Source: Piromyces finnis finn
Taxonomy: Eukaryota > Fungi > Neocallimastigomycota
Assembly: GCA_002104945.1 (NCBI GenBank)
Contig: MCFH01000063.1
Coordinates: 232,420 to 296,419 of the forward strand
Reading direction: 5' to 3'
DNA: 64,000 nt
Position numbers and translations under genes: made by a program. Shown one piece after another: positions 49,702-62,251 of this stretch. Position 1 is the first letter of the stretch; each line of letters opens with the position of its first letter. A model generated the notes under the pieces. It saw only the letters and a list, made by a program, of their open reading frames with translations. It ran no database searches and was not told the origin of the DNA.

Positions 49702-51831
49702 TTAACATGTAATCCAAACATCATCACTATCACCAACAATGACGTTGTAAATCCAACTAGTTTTTACTTTACCAATTTCTTCCCGTTTTTCTTTGTCATT
49801 ATAATAAGTGATATAATTATACATTGAAAATTTTCCTCTACTAAAATCTGGAAGGGAATCATTAATAGATAAGTTTGATGTACTAGTATACTTGAAAGGT
49901 TCAAAGAAAGTATAATCAGCATATGGATTAATATCACTTAAAATTTCAAATTTTCTAGCTCCATCAAGACTTTCAATTCTTATCTTTTTATCATACTTTT
50001 TTTCTTCACCATCAACATCATAATAGATACACTCTATAAGACCATTAATTTGAACTTTTTGCTTATATGGATTTAATGTATAATGATTTAAAGGACCATT
50101 TGAAATTAAGTTTACTTTGCATAAATTTTTATTATATAAAACATATCCTCCAAAATTAAATGTTTTGTTTTCTATTTCGGCATAAGTAATATTATTATTT
50201 CTATCTTTGCAGTTATTTTCTGGTTCATTAGTAGGTTCCGGAATATTTGTTGTAATAGTGGATGTCGCGTCTACACCATTTTTATTTTTATTAATTAAGT
50301 TTTTGATTTTTAATAAATGTTCTTCCTTACCACATAAATTTTCTTTAACAGATGATATAAGTGAAGGTTTAACCTTGTATTCAATTTCATTTAAACAATC
50401 CTTTTTAATTATTTCATTATTTTTATTAGTAATAAATAAACTAGACTCTTCTTTGTAATTTACTAATATGAAATCATTTATTTTTTCTTTTTTATACTCC
50501 AAATTTTGTTTTCCATTTAAATCTATACACAATTTTTCATTTGAGCTATTAACCATTTCAACTTGATATACCTTTTCTATTTCCATAATATAAATTCCAA
50601 ATTTAATTGATAATTTTTTTTCCATTCCTATATTGTACTTTTCTACATTATCGTTCAAATACAATTTTCCACAATACATTATCGAATTAATATTGAAAGT
50701 TTCTTCATTAATGTAAAAATCTGATAATATACATTTATCATACATTATTTTTTCTTTAAAGTATACTATATTAAAGTTTGAATTATCAATAGTTATTTCA
50801 TTTTTACAATAATTTGTTGGTAAGCTTTCCATAGTGCTAGTTTCAGTAGTAGAAGTTGTTGGTAAGCTTTCTACAATATCATCTTCAGTAATAAAAGTCG
50901 TTGGTAAGCTTTTCATAGTGCTAGTTTCAGTAGTAGAAGTTGTTGGTAAGCTTTCTACAATATCATCTTCAGTAGTAAAAGTTGTTGGTAAACTTTCTAC
51001 AATATCATCTTCAGTAGTAAAAGTTGTTGGTAAGCTTTCTACAATATCATCTTCAAAAATAGAAGTTGTTGGTAAGCTTTCTACAATATCATCTTCAGTA
51101 GTAAAAGTTGTTGATGAGCTTTCTAAAATATCATCTTCAGTAATAAAAGTCGTTGGTAAGCTTTCCATAGTACTAGTTTCAGTAGTAGAAGTTGTTGATG
51201 AGCTTTCTAAAGCATCATCTTCAGTAGTAAAAGCTGTTGGTAAGCTTTTCATAGTGCTACTTTCAGTAGTAGAAGTTGTTGATAAGCTCTCTACAGCATC
51301 ATCTTCAGTAGTAGAAGTTGTTGGTAAGCTCTCTACAGCATCATCTTCAGCAATAAAAGTTGTTGGTAAACTTTCAAGAGTGTCATCTTCAGCAATAAAA
51401 GTTGTTGGTAAGCTCTCTACAGCATCATCTTCAGTAGTAGAAGTTGTTGATGAGCTTTCTACAATATCATCTTCAGTAGTAAAAGTTGTTGGTAAGCTCT
51501 CTACAGCATCATCTTCAGCAATAAAAGTTGTTGGTAAACTTTCAAGAGTGTCATCTTCAGCAATAAAAGTTGATAAAGCTTCGATTATACTATTTTTAGA
51601 ATGTGATTCTTTAAAATACTCATCTTCTAATTCTGTTTCAGAAGAAGAAGATATATCGAAAGAAACTGTTTTCGTGAAAACTGAGTTTTTATTCACTGTC
51701 AAATTTAAAACATTTCCATTTTTATAATTTTCACTGTTAACATTTTTCTTTTTAATGTAACATTTTTTGGTAGTTATAAAGTTTAAAAATAATAAAATAT
51801 TAAAAATTAGAAATGAAATGTTAAAGTTCAT
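49702..51831 (-). CDS. Secreted mucin-like protein with ~19 14-aa Thr/Glu/Ser repeats and a Cys-containing C-terminal region (709 aa)
   Basis: Hydrophobic N-terminus; repeats such as TTFIAEDDTLESLP and TTSTTEDDAVESLP; intronless ORF. Confidence 0.85.
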   Translation of the reverse strand: MNFNISFLIFNILLFLNFITTKKCYIKKKNVNSENYKNGNVLNLTVNKNSVFTKTVSFDISSSSETELEDEYFKESHSKNSIIEALSTFIAEDDTLESLPTTFIAEDDAVESLPTTFTTEDDIVESSSTTSTTEDDAVESLPTTFIAEDDTLESLPTTFIAEDDAVESLPTTSTTEDDAVESLSTTSTTESSTMKSLPTAFTTEDDALESSSTTSTTETSTMESLPTTFITEDDILESSSTTFTTEDDIVESLPTTSIFEDDIVESLPTTFTTEDDIVESLPTTFTTEDDIVESLPTTSTTETSTMKSLPTTFITEDDIVESLPTTSTTETSTMESLPTNYCKNEITIDNSNFNIVYFKEKIMYDKCILSDFYINEETFNINSIMYCGKLYLNDNVEKYNIGMEKKLSIKFGIYIMEIEKVYQVEMVNSSNEKLCIDLNGKQNLEYKKEKINDFILVNYKEESSLFITNKNNEIIKKDCLNEIEYKVKPSLISSVKENLCGKEEHLLKIKNLINKNKNGVDATSTITTNIPEPTNEPENNCKDRNNNITYAEIENKTFNFGGYVLYNKNLCKVNLISNGPLNHYTLNPYKQKVQINGLIECIYYDVDGEEKKYDKKIRIESLDGARKFEILSDINPYADYTFFEPFKYTSTSNLSINDSLPDFSRGKFSMYNYITYYNDKEKREEIGKVKTSWIYNVIVGDSDDVWITC

Positions 51832-52511
51832 TTTTATTTTTTAATAATACTTTTAGAGTTAAGTATTATAATTTGTTTAATATTTAAAGTGTACTTTTTT
51901 CAAATTTTTATATAGTAATTCTCCTTACAACTTTTTTTTAATTTAATACCTTCCCTCCTTTTTTTTTTTTCAATATAAAAAATTAATAGTTCATAAAATA
52001 TCTATTATTAATTTAAATTTATTCTAACGAACAAACCAATACCATTTATGATATATAATATAATGTTTTAATTTATATATAAATTATAATTTATAGTATC
52101 AAAAGAATTCTAGATTCTAAAAAGAAATTCTAGGGAAAAATGATAATAAATTAAAATTTTTTTTTTTTTTTTTCAATTTCATTATTCTATTAATTATTTC
52201 ATTGTGTATTAGCATACTTTAATATAGAGTGGTGGTGGTGGGCAGGGTGTTCAAGAATAAGAAATAGTTTTAAAAAAAAATTATATAAAGGTATAATAAT
52301 AATAAATATATAATATATATAAATATATATATATTTTTAAAACAAAAAAAAAAAAAAAAAATAGTTGGAATTAGAGTTTATCACTTCATTTGTAATACAT
52401 TTGTAATACATTTTAATACATTTCAATACATTTAAAATAAAATTTTTAAGATTAATTATTTTTTTTTTTTCAAAAAAAAAATATTATTATTATTATATAA
52501 AAAAAAAATAA

Positions 52512-52922
52512 ATATTATTAATATCCATCATGAAAATATGATTTAAAGATTATCAAAAACTATAATAAAGTTATTATATTAAGAATAAATATTTTTTTTT
52601 AATTTAAATTGGTACGGTGAGAGGGAAAGATGAAAGAAAAAACTTTGAAAAGAGTGTTATGCAATTTGTGAAAAGTGTCAAAAGGGATACGTTTGGCACT
52701 TGGTGTTGTTTTCTTGAAAATCGATTAAAAATGGATCGATTTTGAACTGTATTATAAATATTATAAATATTATAAATATTATAATTTTATTAATAAAATA
52801 TTTTTTTTTTTTAAAAAATATATATATATAATATTAATAATGAGTGTATAATTAAGGAATGCTTTTAAAATAACACAAAAATGTAATTATTGTAATTATG
52901 TAATATATACTATTTAAAATAT
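52512..52922 (+). repeat. ~410-bp direct repeat, copy A
   Basis: Near-identical to 57055-57466; the differences seen are in homopolymer lengths. Confidence 0.95.
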
Positions 52923-53251
52923 GGTGATTATAATATATTTTATTATTTTTCATTTTTTTATTATAAACTTAACATAGGTACATTTCCTTTTAATTTTTAT
53001 ATAAAGAAATATCTTAATCTATAAATAATAATTAAATTTTTTGAGTAAATGCAACTTACTATAATCCTATTTTATATTAATACTCTATAAACGTTATAAT
53101 AAGCTATGATAAATCATATTTCAACAAAGTTTTTTAAAATATTAATTAAATGTAAAAATATAAATATATATATATTATATATATATTTATCCATATTTAT
53201 ATATTATAAACTTGTCTATATATATTAATGTCTCATTAGCAGTACTTAAGA

Positions 53252-53800
53252 TTATGCATTATTAGATTGATTTCTATTATTCCTTCTTTTCTTACACCAA
53301 CAGCATATAATTACTATAATAAGAATTATAATAATAGTAAAAATTACACTACATATTATTAATCCTTCTATAGCAGTTTGAATACCATCACTATCTGAAG
53401 GACCGTCATCTTGTACACTATCACATCTTTTATTTGAACAATGCTTTGAAGAACATTCAGAACCTTTTTCACAAGGATTTTCTGGTGGTTTGCCACAATA
53501 CATATAAGAACTTTTACCTAAAAACCATTTATCTGAATAAACATCACAACAATGAACAATGGGAGACTCATCATCGTTATAAACACAATGATTTTTATAA
53601 CATTTATTAGATAAACATTCGCTATCATAACTACATTGACAAGGATATTCAGTAATACCAACTTCACATTTATCATTACATTTATTTGAATCAATTTCTT
53701 CATAGGTACAAGTGTAAGCAATGTAACTTGTAATATTTCCATTAATATCAGGAATATCTGTGAAATAATCAATGTAAGAACTTTTAATAAGAGTTCTGTA
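53252..53800 (-). CDS. Cys-rich single-pass membrane protein, last exon (same general type as 21806-22434); 5' exon unresolved
   Basis: The frame is open from an AG acceptor at 53801 (YRTLIKSSYIDYF...CSYDSECLSNKC...CEKGSECSSKHC) through a TM and CCWCKKRR tail. Confidence 0.7.
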   Translation of the reverse strand, partial: YRTLIKSSYIDYFTDIPDINGNITSYIAYTCTYEEIDSNKCNDKCEVGITEYPCQCSYDSECLSNKCYKNHCVYNDDESPIVHCCDVYSDKWFLGKSSYMYCGKPPENPCEKGSECSSKHCSNKRCDSVQDDGPSDSDGIQTAIEGLIICSVIFTIIIILIIVIICCWCKKRRNNRNQSNNA

Positions 53801-54260
53801 CTATTGGGTTAATTTATTTTAATTATTTTATCAATTATAAAAATTTTATTATTTAAACTAATAATGAAAGTTTAGAATGTATAATATATATATTTATAAA
53901 ACAATACTATCATTATATTTTATAATAATTGAAAATCGTTAATAATATAATTAATTTAATAATTTGAACGACATAACAAACAATTATTTATTTAATTATA
54001 TATGTTTTATATGCTTTTAAATTGTCTCGCGGATGTTAACATTTTAATTTATGAAATAAAACAGATAATTATAGTTAAGTTTGTTGAATTATTAAATAAA
54101 TATATTAAAATTAAATAATTATTCTATAAATAAAAGAAGAAAATATTTTAATGAATCTTAAAATATAACAAATTATCATTAATTTACCAGTAAAAAAATA
54201 AATTATAAATAATATTTAATAATCATGTTTAAAATGAAAAAGAATTTTTAAAATTTCAAA

Positions 54261-54301
<41 letters not shown>

Positions 54302-54369
54302 AATAACTTAAAATTACTCAATGTTATTTAAAAGTATTTAAAATTTATTAAATTATTTTAATAAATAGT

Positions 54370-56706
54370 ATGTTGCGTTTATTATATATAACTCTATTTA
54401 TAATAATTGCATCTAATGTCAATGCTGAACATTTAGATGCATTTCTTTATAAAGATAATTGGAGAGATCATCGTTTAAAAACTGATAACAATAAAGATAT
54501 GTATAATATGAAAAAAGGTGATACTATTTACTATTATTATAAATCAGGATTAAGAGAACCGTCCTGTAGCATTAATATTTCGAACAATGAAATAGATAAT
54601 CCAGGTGTTGGCAATTATAAAGGCGATGAATATAATGATAAAATTTGTATTGAAAGTTATTCTACTCTATTTTACTTCAAAATTCACGATAATAAAAGTA
54701 ATGCAAGCGAAAAATGTGAATGGACGTCATATGAAGTACCGAATGAAAGAATTATCGATACAACCGCATCCTGTAATAATTATGGCTGTTTAACTAGATT
54801 TGGTTTTGTTTATAAAAAATATTTATGTGACAATAGTGAAACACCAAAGGATCATAATTGGATGAGTTTTCTAAACTCTAATTTAAAACTTAACTTAATC
54901 AAATAAATATTCCTGGAACCCATGATAGTGGCACTTATGCAATTGAAATTGGAAACCTTTTCACTCCAGTAATTGATGCAGGTAGAATATTATATGGTAA
55001 AACTCAATCTTTAGATATTACAGAACAATTAGAAAAAGGAATCCGATATCTCGATATAAGACTTGAAACAAATAAAGAAAAGGAAATATACCTATCTCAT
55101 GGCATATTGGACTGTCATAATAAAAAAACTGGTGGAAAGTATTATTTAAAGGAAGTATTTGATGAAATTATTTATTTTTTAAATAAAAATAATAAAGAAA
55201 CAGTTATTGTTCATTTAAAAAAAGAGAATATGGGAGAATCTAATGAAGAAAGATATGTTAAGGATAATGAACTTGCTGAAAGAATTGCTAGCTATACTGT
55301 TTACAATGATACTATGCTTACATTCAATACAAACACAGCACATAAAAAATTTAAAGATTTTTATTATAAACCTAAACAAAGTAAAGAAATGCCAATGCTT
55401 TCTGATATACAAGGAAAAATTGTTATCTTTTCACGTGAATCATATCTTTGGAATACTTCTAAAGCAGCCATTGTATTTAGTATTCCAGACATGGGATCAT
55501 GTAAGGAATATAGTAGAGGAAATGGCGCTAATGATGGTGTAGTTTGTTATCCCACATTGACTAAAGATGCTAATAGTATTAATAATTACCGTATCCAAGA
55601 TAATTATAACTTAGAAAAAGATGATAAATGGGATATGGTATATAATGTTTTAACTAATAATGTATCTTTAAGAAGTGCTTGCATTGAAGACATATATTTC
55701 TAATGACGATAACTTGTATAAAATTCAGTCTTTTGATTGTAGAAGTGATGAGGACATTAAAAATAATATTAATAGACAATATTTTGCTTTTAACGATTCA
55801 ATCAAAAACCGCTTTAATAGTACTAATGATGAGATTCTTACTATGAATTTTTTAAATATAGCAAAAACCAATGATTGGTATGACATTCCAGATACTATAA
55901 AAAATAAGGCATCGTATGTAAATGATAAATTAGTTAATTTTAATGATGAAAAAATACATAATCATTGGTTTATTTTGGATTTTCCCAGTACTGATGTTAT
56001 CCGTAAAGTATATTTAAGTAATTCATTTAGATCCTCAAATAGTCGTTTAAAACTTTTAGAAACTTCAAATAACATTTTAGAAACTTCAGATTATTATAGA
56101 GAATTAAATGTTTATTTTGATAGTAATTATTATATATATAAAACCTTGATTCAAAATAATACAAAATCAAATAATGAAAAAAATATTTGCATTCAAAGTA
56201 AGCTTAAATTAGAAAACAAAAAAAATACAAAATATATTGTAAAATCCGATTTAGAATGTGTTGAAAATTCCAGAAACGAATGGCGTTTCAAACAAAATGA
56301 AAACTATTTTAATATTATTTCAGTATTCGATAATAATTGTTTATTGTTTAAAAATAATAAATTGTCTATCGAAAAATGCGATATTACTAATAAATATGAA
56401 GATTACATTTTTATCAACAAAACAATATGCTCAAGAGTCAATGAAAAATATTGTTTAAAAGATTTTAAAATAATGTCAGTACCATTAGAACATAAAGAAT
56501 ATCAAAACTTGGAATGTCAAACTAATATTGTTGAACTTGGTTATAAATGTTGTTCTAGTTTTATTAAGATTGATCATACAGATAAAATAGGTACTTGGGG
56601 ATATGAAAATGGTGAATTGTGTGGTATTCCATTTGATACTTTAGATATCCAAGAGGATATTAAAAATAATGATATAGAAACAATGCTCAAAAGAAATAAT
56701 TTATAA
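54370..56706 (+). pseudogene. Secreted PI-PLC X-domain + ricin-B-like + fungal dockerin (CBM10-type) protein with two frameshifts
   Basis: Signal peptide; INIPGTHDSGTY, TQSLDITEQLEKGIRYLDIRL and LSHG (bacterial-type PI-PLC); Cys/Trp ricin-like segment; C-terminal GYKCC...TDKIGTWGYENGELCGI dockerin. Frameshifts at 54887-54896 and ~55680-55700. Confidence 0.8.
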
Positions 56707-57054
56707 TAATTTATAATATATACCAATAGAACTGTTATAAAACATATATAAAAAAAAAATCATATTAATAAAATTGGTATAATAACAATTTTATCAATAG
56801 GATTTTTTTTTTTCTTTTGATAAAATTAATATAATATTATCATTGATATATTGATATATAATCTTTATCAATATTATTATTAATAACTAGTTTACTACTA
56901 ACATTACTATCTTTATTTTATTCCTTTTTTAATAGTAATTACTATTATTTATTATTAATATTCATTTTATATTAATATTCATTTTATATTAATATTCATT
57001 TTATATTAATATAATTATACCAATTATCTCTAATTTATGAATATATTACTATCT

Positions 57055-57466
57055 ATATTATTAATATCCATCATGAAAATATGATTTAAAGATTATCAAA
57101 AACTATAATAAAGTTATTATATTAAGAATAAATATTTTTTTTTTTAATTTAAATTGGTACGGTGAGAGGGAAAGATGAAAGAAAAAACTTTGAAAAGAGT
57201 GTTATGCAATTTGTGAAAAGTGTCAAAAGGGATACGTTTGGCACTTGGTGTTGTTTTCTTGAAAATCGATTAAAAATGGATCGATTTTGAACTGTATTAT
57301 AAATATTATAAATATTATAAATATTATAATTTTATTAATAAAATATTTTTTTTTTTTAAAAAATATATATATATAATATTAATAATGAGTGTATAATTAA
57401 GGAATGCTTTTAAAATAACACAAAATGTAATTATTGTAATTATGTAATATATACTATTTAAAATAT
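57055..57466 (+). repeat. ~410-bp direct repeat, copy B
   Basis: Near-identical to 52512-52922. Confidence 0.95.
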
Positions 57467-58789
57467 ATATATATATATAAATATAAAAAATAGCAAGATA
57501 TATTTATTGAAACAAAAAAAAATAAAGGTCCATAGTTTTTTCAATAATTATTATAGTATCTATTTTTCGAAAATTTATAAATACAACTATTTTAATCATA
57601 TAAAAGATGTAAATTAAGCTAGATGTTTAATTTACCTATTTTATATCTTTTTATTTTATAATATTTTTTATAATTTATAAATTCAAGATTAATATTAGCA
57701 ATGATGCAAAGAAGACCTTTACTGTCTATTTAAAAATACGTTTTTAATGTATTATAATAAATATATATATTAAATATATATAAATTAATAAAAGAAATAT
57801 TTTTTAAAAATTTAAATGAATGTGTCTTTTTTAATATAAAAAAAAAACAATAATTTTAATGTTAAATTTAATATAAATTATAAACTTTAAATATATTAAT
57901 ATCATAATAATATTTTGTTACACAATGAAAATTAAGGATGATCATGAAAATTTAAACTTAGCAATCTTATTAAAGTTGCACAAATAATTTATTTTAATAA
58001 TTAATAAAGTTTAGGTTTATTTACCGCAATAACCAATAAAAAAACAATTATAAAAATCCACTCAAAAAAAGAAATTAAAATATGAGTAATTTTTATGAAT
58101 TATAATATTTAATAAATTAAAAAAAAAAGAAAAGTAGAAAAAGTAGAAAAAGTAAATGATATTAACGTTTTAACAATGATAATAATGTTTTAATAAAAAG
58201 GATACTTTTAATAGTATTACAAATAAAGTAATATTGAAAATAATTGTAGTAAATAAAGTATGTATTATTTATGTATTATTTTTTTTTAACTCTAGTTGGA
58301 TGACTGATTTTATGTTAAATTATTTAAAATGAATAATAATTAATCATCATAATTACAATTATTGCTACGTTAAGTCATATTTAATTTTTAATTTATTTTT
58401 AATAACTTTAATATCTTCCTTGAGAGTTTAAAAAAAAAAAGTTTTTTTAAAAGATCATTTATTTGAAAAAGAGGATGTATTTTAATAGTAAAAGGTTTAG
58501 TTTTTATCAAACATTAAAAGGTGGAAAAGTTTTATTTCTAATTCATTTTTAATATTGTATATTGCATATACCTTTATTTTTTTCTTTTTTAAAATGTGTT
58601 TTTTTCCTTTTATTTATTTTAAATATTTAAAAAATTTTTAATTTAAATTTTTAATTAATAAATTATCATTGTACCTTTATTAAAACATAACATTTTTTTT
58701 AAAACTTTTAAATTTTCCTTTTTCTAATTTTTAACATTTATTTTTTCTATTCCCCGTTTTTTTTTTTTTTTTTATGATTATCTCTGAAC

Positions 58790-59170
58790 TTGTCAGGTTA
58801 ATAGTAAAAATAATAGTATGGAATAAATATTAATTCAAAAAATAGTAATGGTGATAAAGCTTTGCAAAAATAAAGCAGGTATTATACAAATTATATTCGC
58901 ATAATACAACTTTTAGTTGATAATGTAGCAACAATAGATAAAAAATTGAAATAATAAAATAAATTTAAGGGAAAAGCTTGTAAAATTAGTAAAAATGAAG
59001 ATGAAGAAAAGTATTTAATTAAAAATAATGCTAATGTCAATATATGTAATAATGAAGTAAATACCCATTAATAAATGCAAGTTGTGAGGCTGTTGATCTT
59101 AATATAATAGCTTATAAGAATCATTATGAAAATGCAATAGAAGCTTTAATTGCCAATGGTACAAAATAAT
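58790..59170 (+). pseudogene. Decayed ankyrin-repeat fragment
   Basis: YLIKNNANVNICNNEVNT / PLINASC / ENAIEALIANG across frameshifts. Confidence 0.5.
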
Positions 59171-60602
59171 TAGTATATTTAAAGTGTTAACTTTAATATA
59201 AATTAATATTAAATTTAAACATTCATTTTGTAAATAATATCTTCATTAATTTCTTACTAATTGTTCACACGAAATATCATCTAGTTGGGGAAGAAGTAAA
59301 TTAATTAATAATATTTTTAATCTCTTCTTCGATAGTCTTTTTTCCCATATTTTTATAATGTGGGGTTTGAAGAATTCCTTACTAATGTTCTACCAATTGT
59401 AATTTGTGAATTTTACACAATAATCGATAGGTATAAGTACTTTAAGTACAGCATTAGACCAACCATTACTGAGAGTATCGACGTCGAAAAGAATAAGGCA
59501 AAGAAGAAATTCAGATACAAAATTAAACAATAAATAATAATAATCCACATAAAATTAGTATCGAAGAGTGGGAAGAGTTAAATGCTCTTTTCATCCTCTT
59601 TTTTGTTATGTAGTTTTTCTTTATTCATATATGTTTCATTTTTATTTATATATATTTTATTATTATTTTCTTTTTATATCATATTTAATGTAATTTGATT
59701 AAAAATATTAATAAAAATTACATATTACCAAAGTCAAAGATATAAAAAATATACAAATATAATATCAATAGACATTTTAGTTTACCATTATCCAATATAT
59801 ATACTAAATAACTATATTCTATATTCAAATAACCTTTTAATACATTTATTAGATTAAAGGCTTTCTAAAAATTTATTATGTCGTATTCCCTTTCATTTGT
59901 AATTTCAACAAATCTCAAGAGATAATATCCTACTTGAATATGTTTATTATTATTTATAATATTATCCTATATTCTTTAATAAATATTTTAATACTATTTT
60001 ATAATAATAATAATGGCAACAATAGAATTTTACATTTTAATTAAAATAAAAATTATAATATGTGATATAATTCACTAATTATGGCCATAATATTATTAAT
60101 TATTATAATAATAAAAAAAGGTTCATAATATTATATTATTAAAAAATAATGTAATGTCAAGATAAATAATAAGTTTAAATAATTGATAATAATTGTTGAT
60201 ATTGATAATTATATTTTAATAGATATCATCCATTTTGTATTGTAAAAAAATTTAATTTCTTATTTCAATTTTAAAAATGGTTGATCCATTTAAAAAATGA
60301 GAAATTTTAAAAAATTTAATAGTATTAATTAAATTACTTTATAAAATATTAAAAATAAAATTAAAGTAGAAAAACTATATAAAAAAAACAACTTTATTTA
60401 TTAATGATATTTTAATTAACGAATCATATTAAAGTTATGAATAATTTAATTATTAAAAAAAAGTTTAATATGTTATTTATTGTTAAAATAAAATATACTG
60501 TATTTATTTTTATTTTTAACTATTATTTCGTTTTTACAATAAAATAAAAAAAATATTATTTTTTTAAAAATACACAGAAGCACAATAAAAATTTTAAAAA
60601 AA

Positions 60603-62251
60603 ATGTTTTCTTTTGAAATTGATACTATAACTACAACCATGACCTTATCAAATAAGTCTTATACTTCAGATGCCGACTTATTTGAGAATATTGAAGTAAC
60701 GAATGAAATGGTTCAACTCAATCATCTCAATGAAGAAAAGGATTTTGATGAAGTAATTTCTGCAATTGAATACAATGTTCCAATTGCATATTTAGACTTA
60801 TTAATTAAAAAAAAGGATTATCCAATTAATAAGTTCAGTATTTTCAAAAATGGTGAAATAAAATCCCCATTATACGCTGCAATTGCCAATAATTATTTTA
60901 AAATTGCTGATTTTATCATAAGTAAGGGGGGAAATGTTAATTATACTGAAAATAGCCTGAACATCGCTAAATTATTAATTACTAATAATTTATTCACTAC
61001 TAAAGTTTTATTATATCTTTTAAACAAAAATTGGAACATCATGATGATTAAAAATTATTTTTATGATTTTGGTTTTAGTTTCAATTTAGCATCCACATAT
61101 ATTAAATATATATGTGATAAAAGTTTTGTTGTTAAATTGCTTAAAATTTATCAGTCAAAAAAAAGTATATCAAAAGATCAATTTGAAAAAATAATTATTA
61201 ATGAAAGAAATTTTAATATACCATATCAATGGTACTATAGATGTATTTATTGTAGTTCTTTTGATCAATTAATTTTTTTTTCACGCTATGAATATCCAAG
61301 TTCGATTAAAGAAAAAATTGAATACATAATGGATAATTATAGTGATATAATATATCCTGGATTCTCTCTCAAATTATATGAATTTTTAATTAAATATAAA
61401 TATAAAAATATTTTATTAAATAATATATTAGATATTAATAACCTTAATAGATGCTTAAATAAAATTTTGACTAAGAAAAGAATGGAATTAAGTAAAATTA
61501 TAAAAAACCAAAATATGGAAAGAATATTTTATTTTTATCAAGAAAATGGAATACTAATAAATGATATAAATTCCTCAGAATATGATGTACTAACTAATTG
61601 TATCACTTCAGGATTTTCTATTGATTCACTTAAAACAATAATTAACTTATTTTCATACACGAATTTCAATTATGAAATTCCAAACACAATTACTAATGAA
61701 CCAACAACTTTAATTGTATATTCATTATTAATAAGTAGAAGAGATGTTTGCACCTTTCTTATTTCTAAAGGTGCGGATATCAATTATAAATTTTTAGATA
61801 AGGACAATTCCTTCAACACTATAATACAATTTTTAATTCATCAAAACAATCTATCTTATGAAGATTTCTGTTACATTATTGAAACATTAAAAACAAATGT
61901 AAAAAAATTGAAAAATTAAAGATACCTCAACATATATTAAAATTATTAATAAAAAAAAAGAGAAATGAAATGTTTTTATTATTAGCAAATGAATTTCTTC
62001 ATTACAATGATTTTCAAAATGAATGGTATACTTTTGCTTTGAAGAACAACAATTATAAAATCATTGAAAATTTATTTGTTATGGATAAAAGATCATCAGA
62101 AAAAAAGGTGAAATATATTTTAAAAGAATTGAAAAAAGCAGGAGGGGATGATAAAAATGCCTACACATTATCTATAAAAATAAAAAATCATGAATTTATT
62201 AAATATTTTAATAAATATGTTGATAATGATGAATGGATCTTTAATGTATAA
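60603..62251 (+). CDS. Ankyrin-repeat-containing protein; one frameshift in the A7 run at 61901-61907
   Basis: KSPLYAAIANNYFKIADFIISKGGNVN and VCTFLISKGADIN are ankyrin-like. Shifting by -1 at 61901 reads KKIEKLKIPQHILKLLIKKKRNE directly into the 93-aa ORF at 61970. Confidence 0.75.

Noticed and set aside
50834-51727. 297-aa plus-strand ORF
   Set aside because: Antisense reading of the 42-bp coding repeats of the mucin-like gene.
52512-57466. Intact LTR retrotransposon
   Set aside because: The repeats lack TG..CA ends, and the interior has no gag, RT or integrase motifs.
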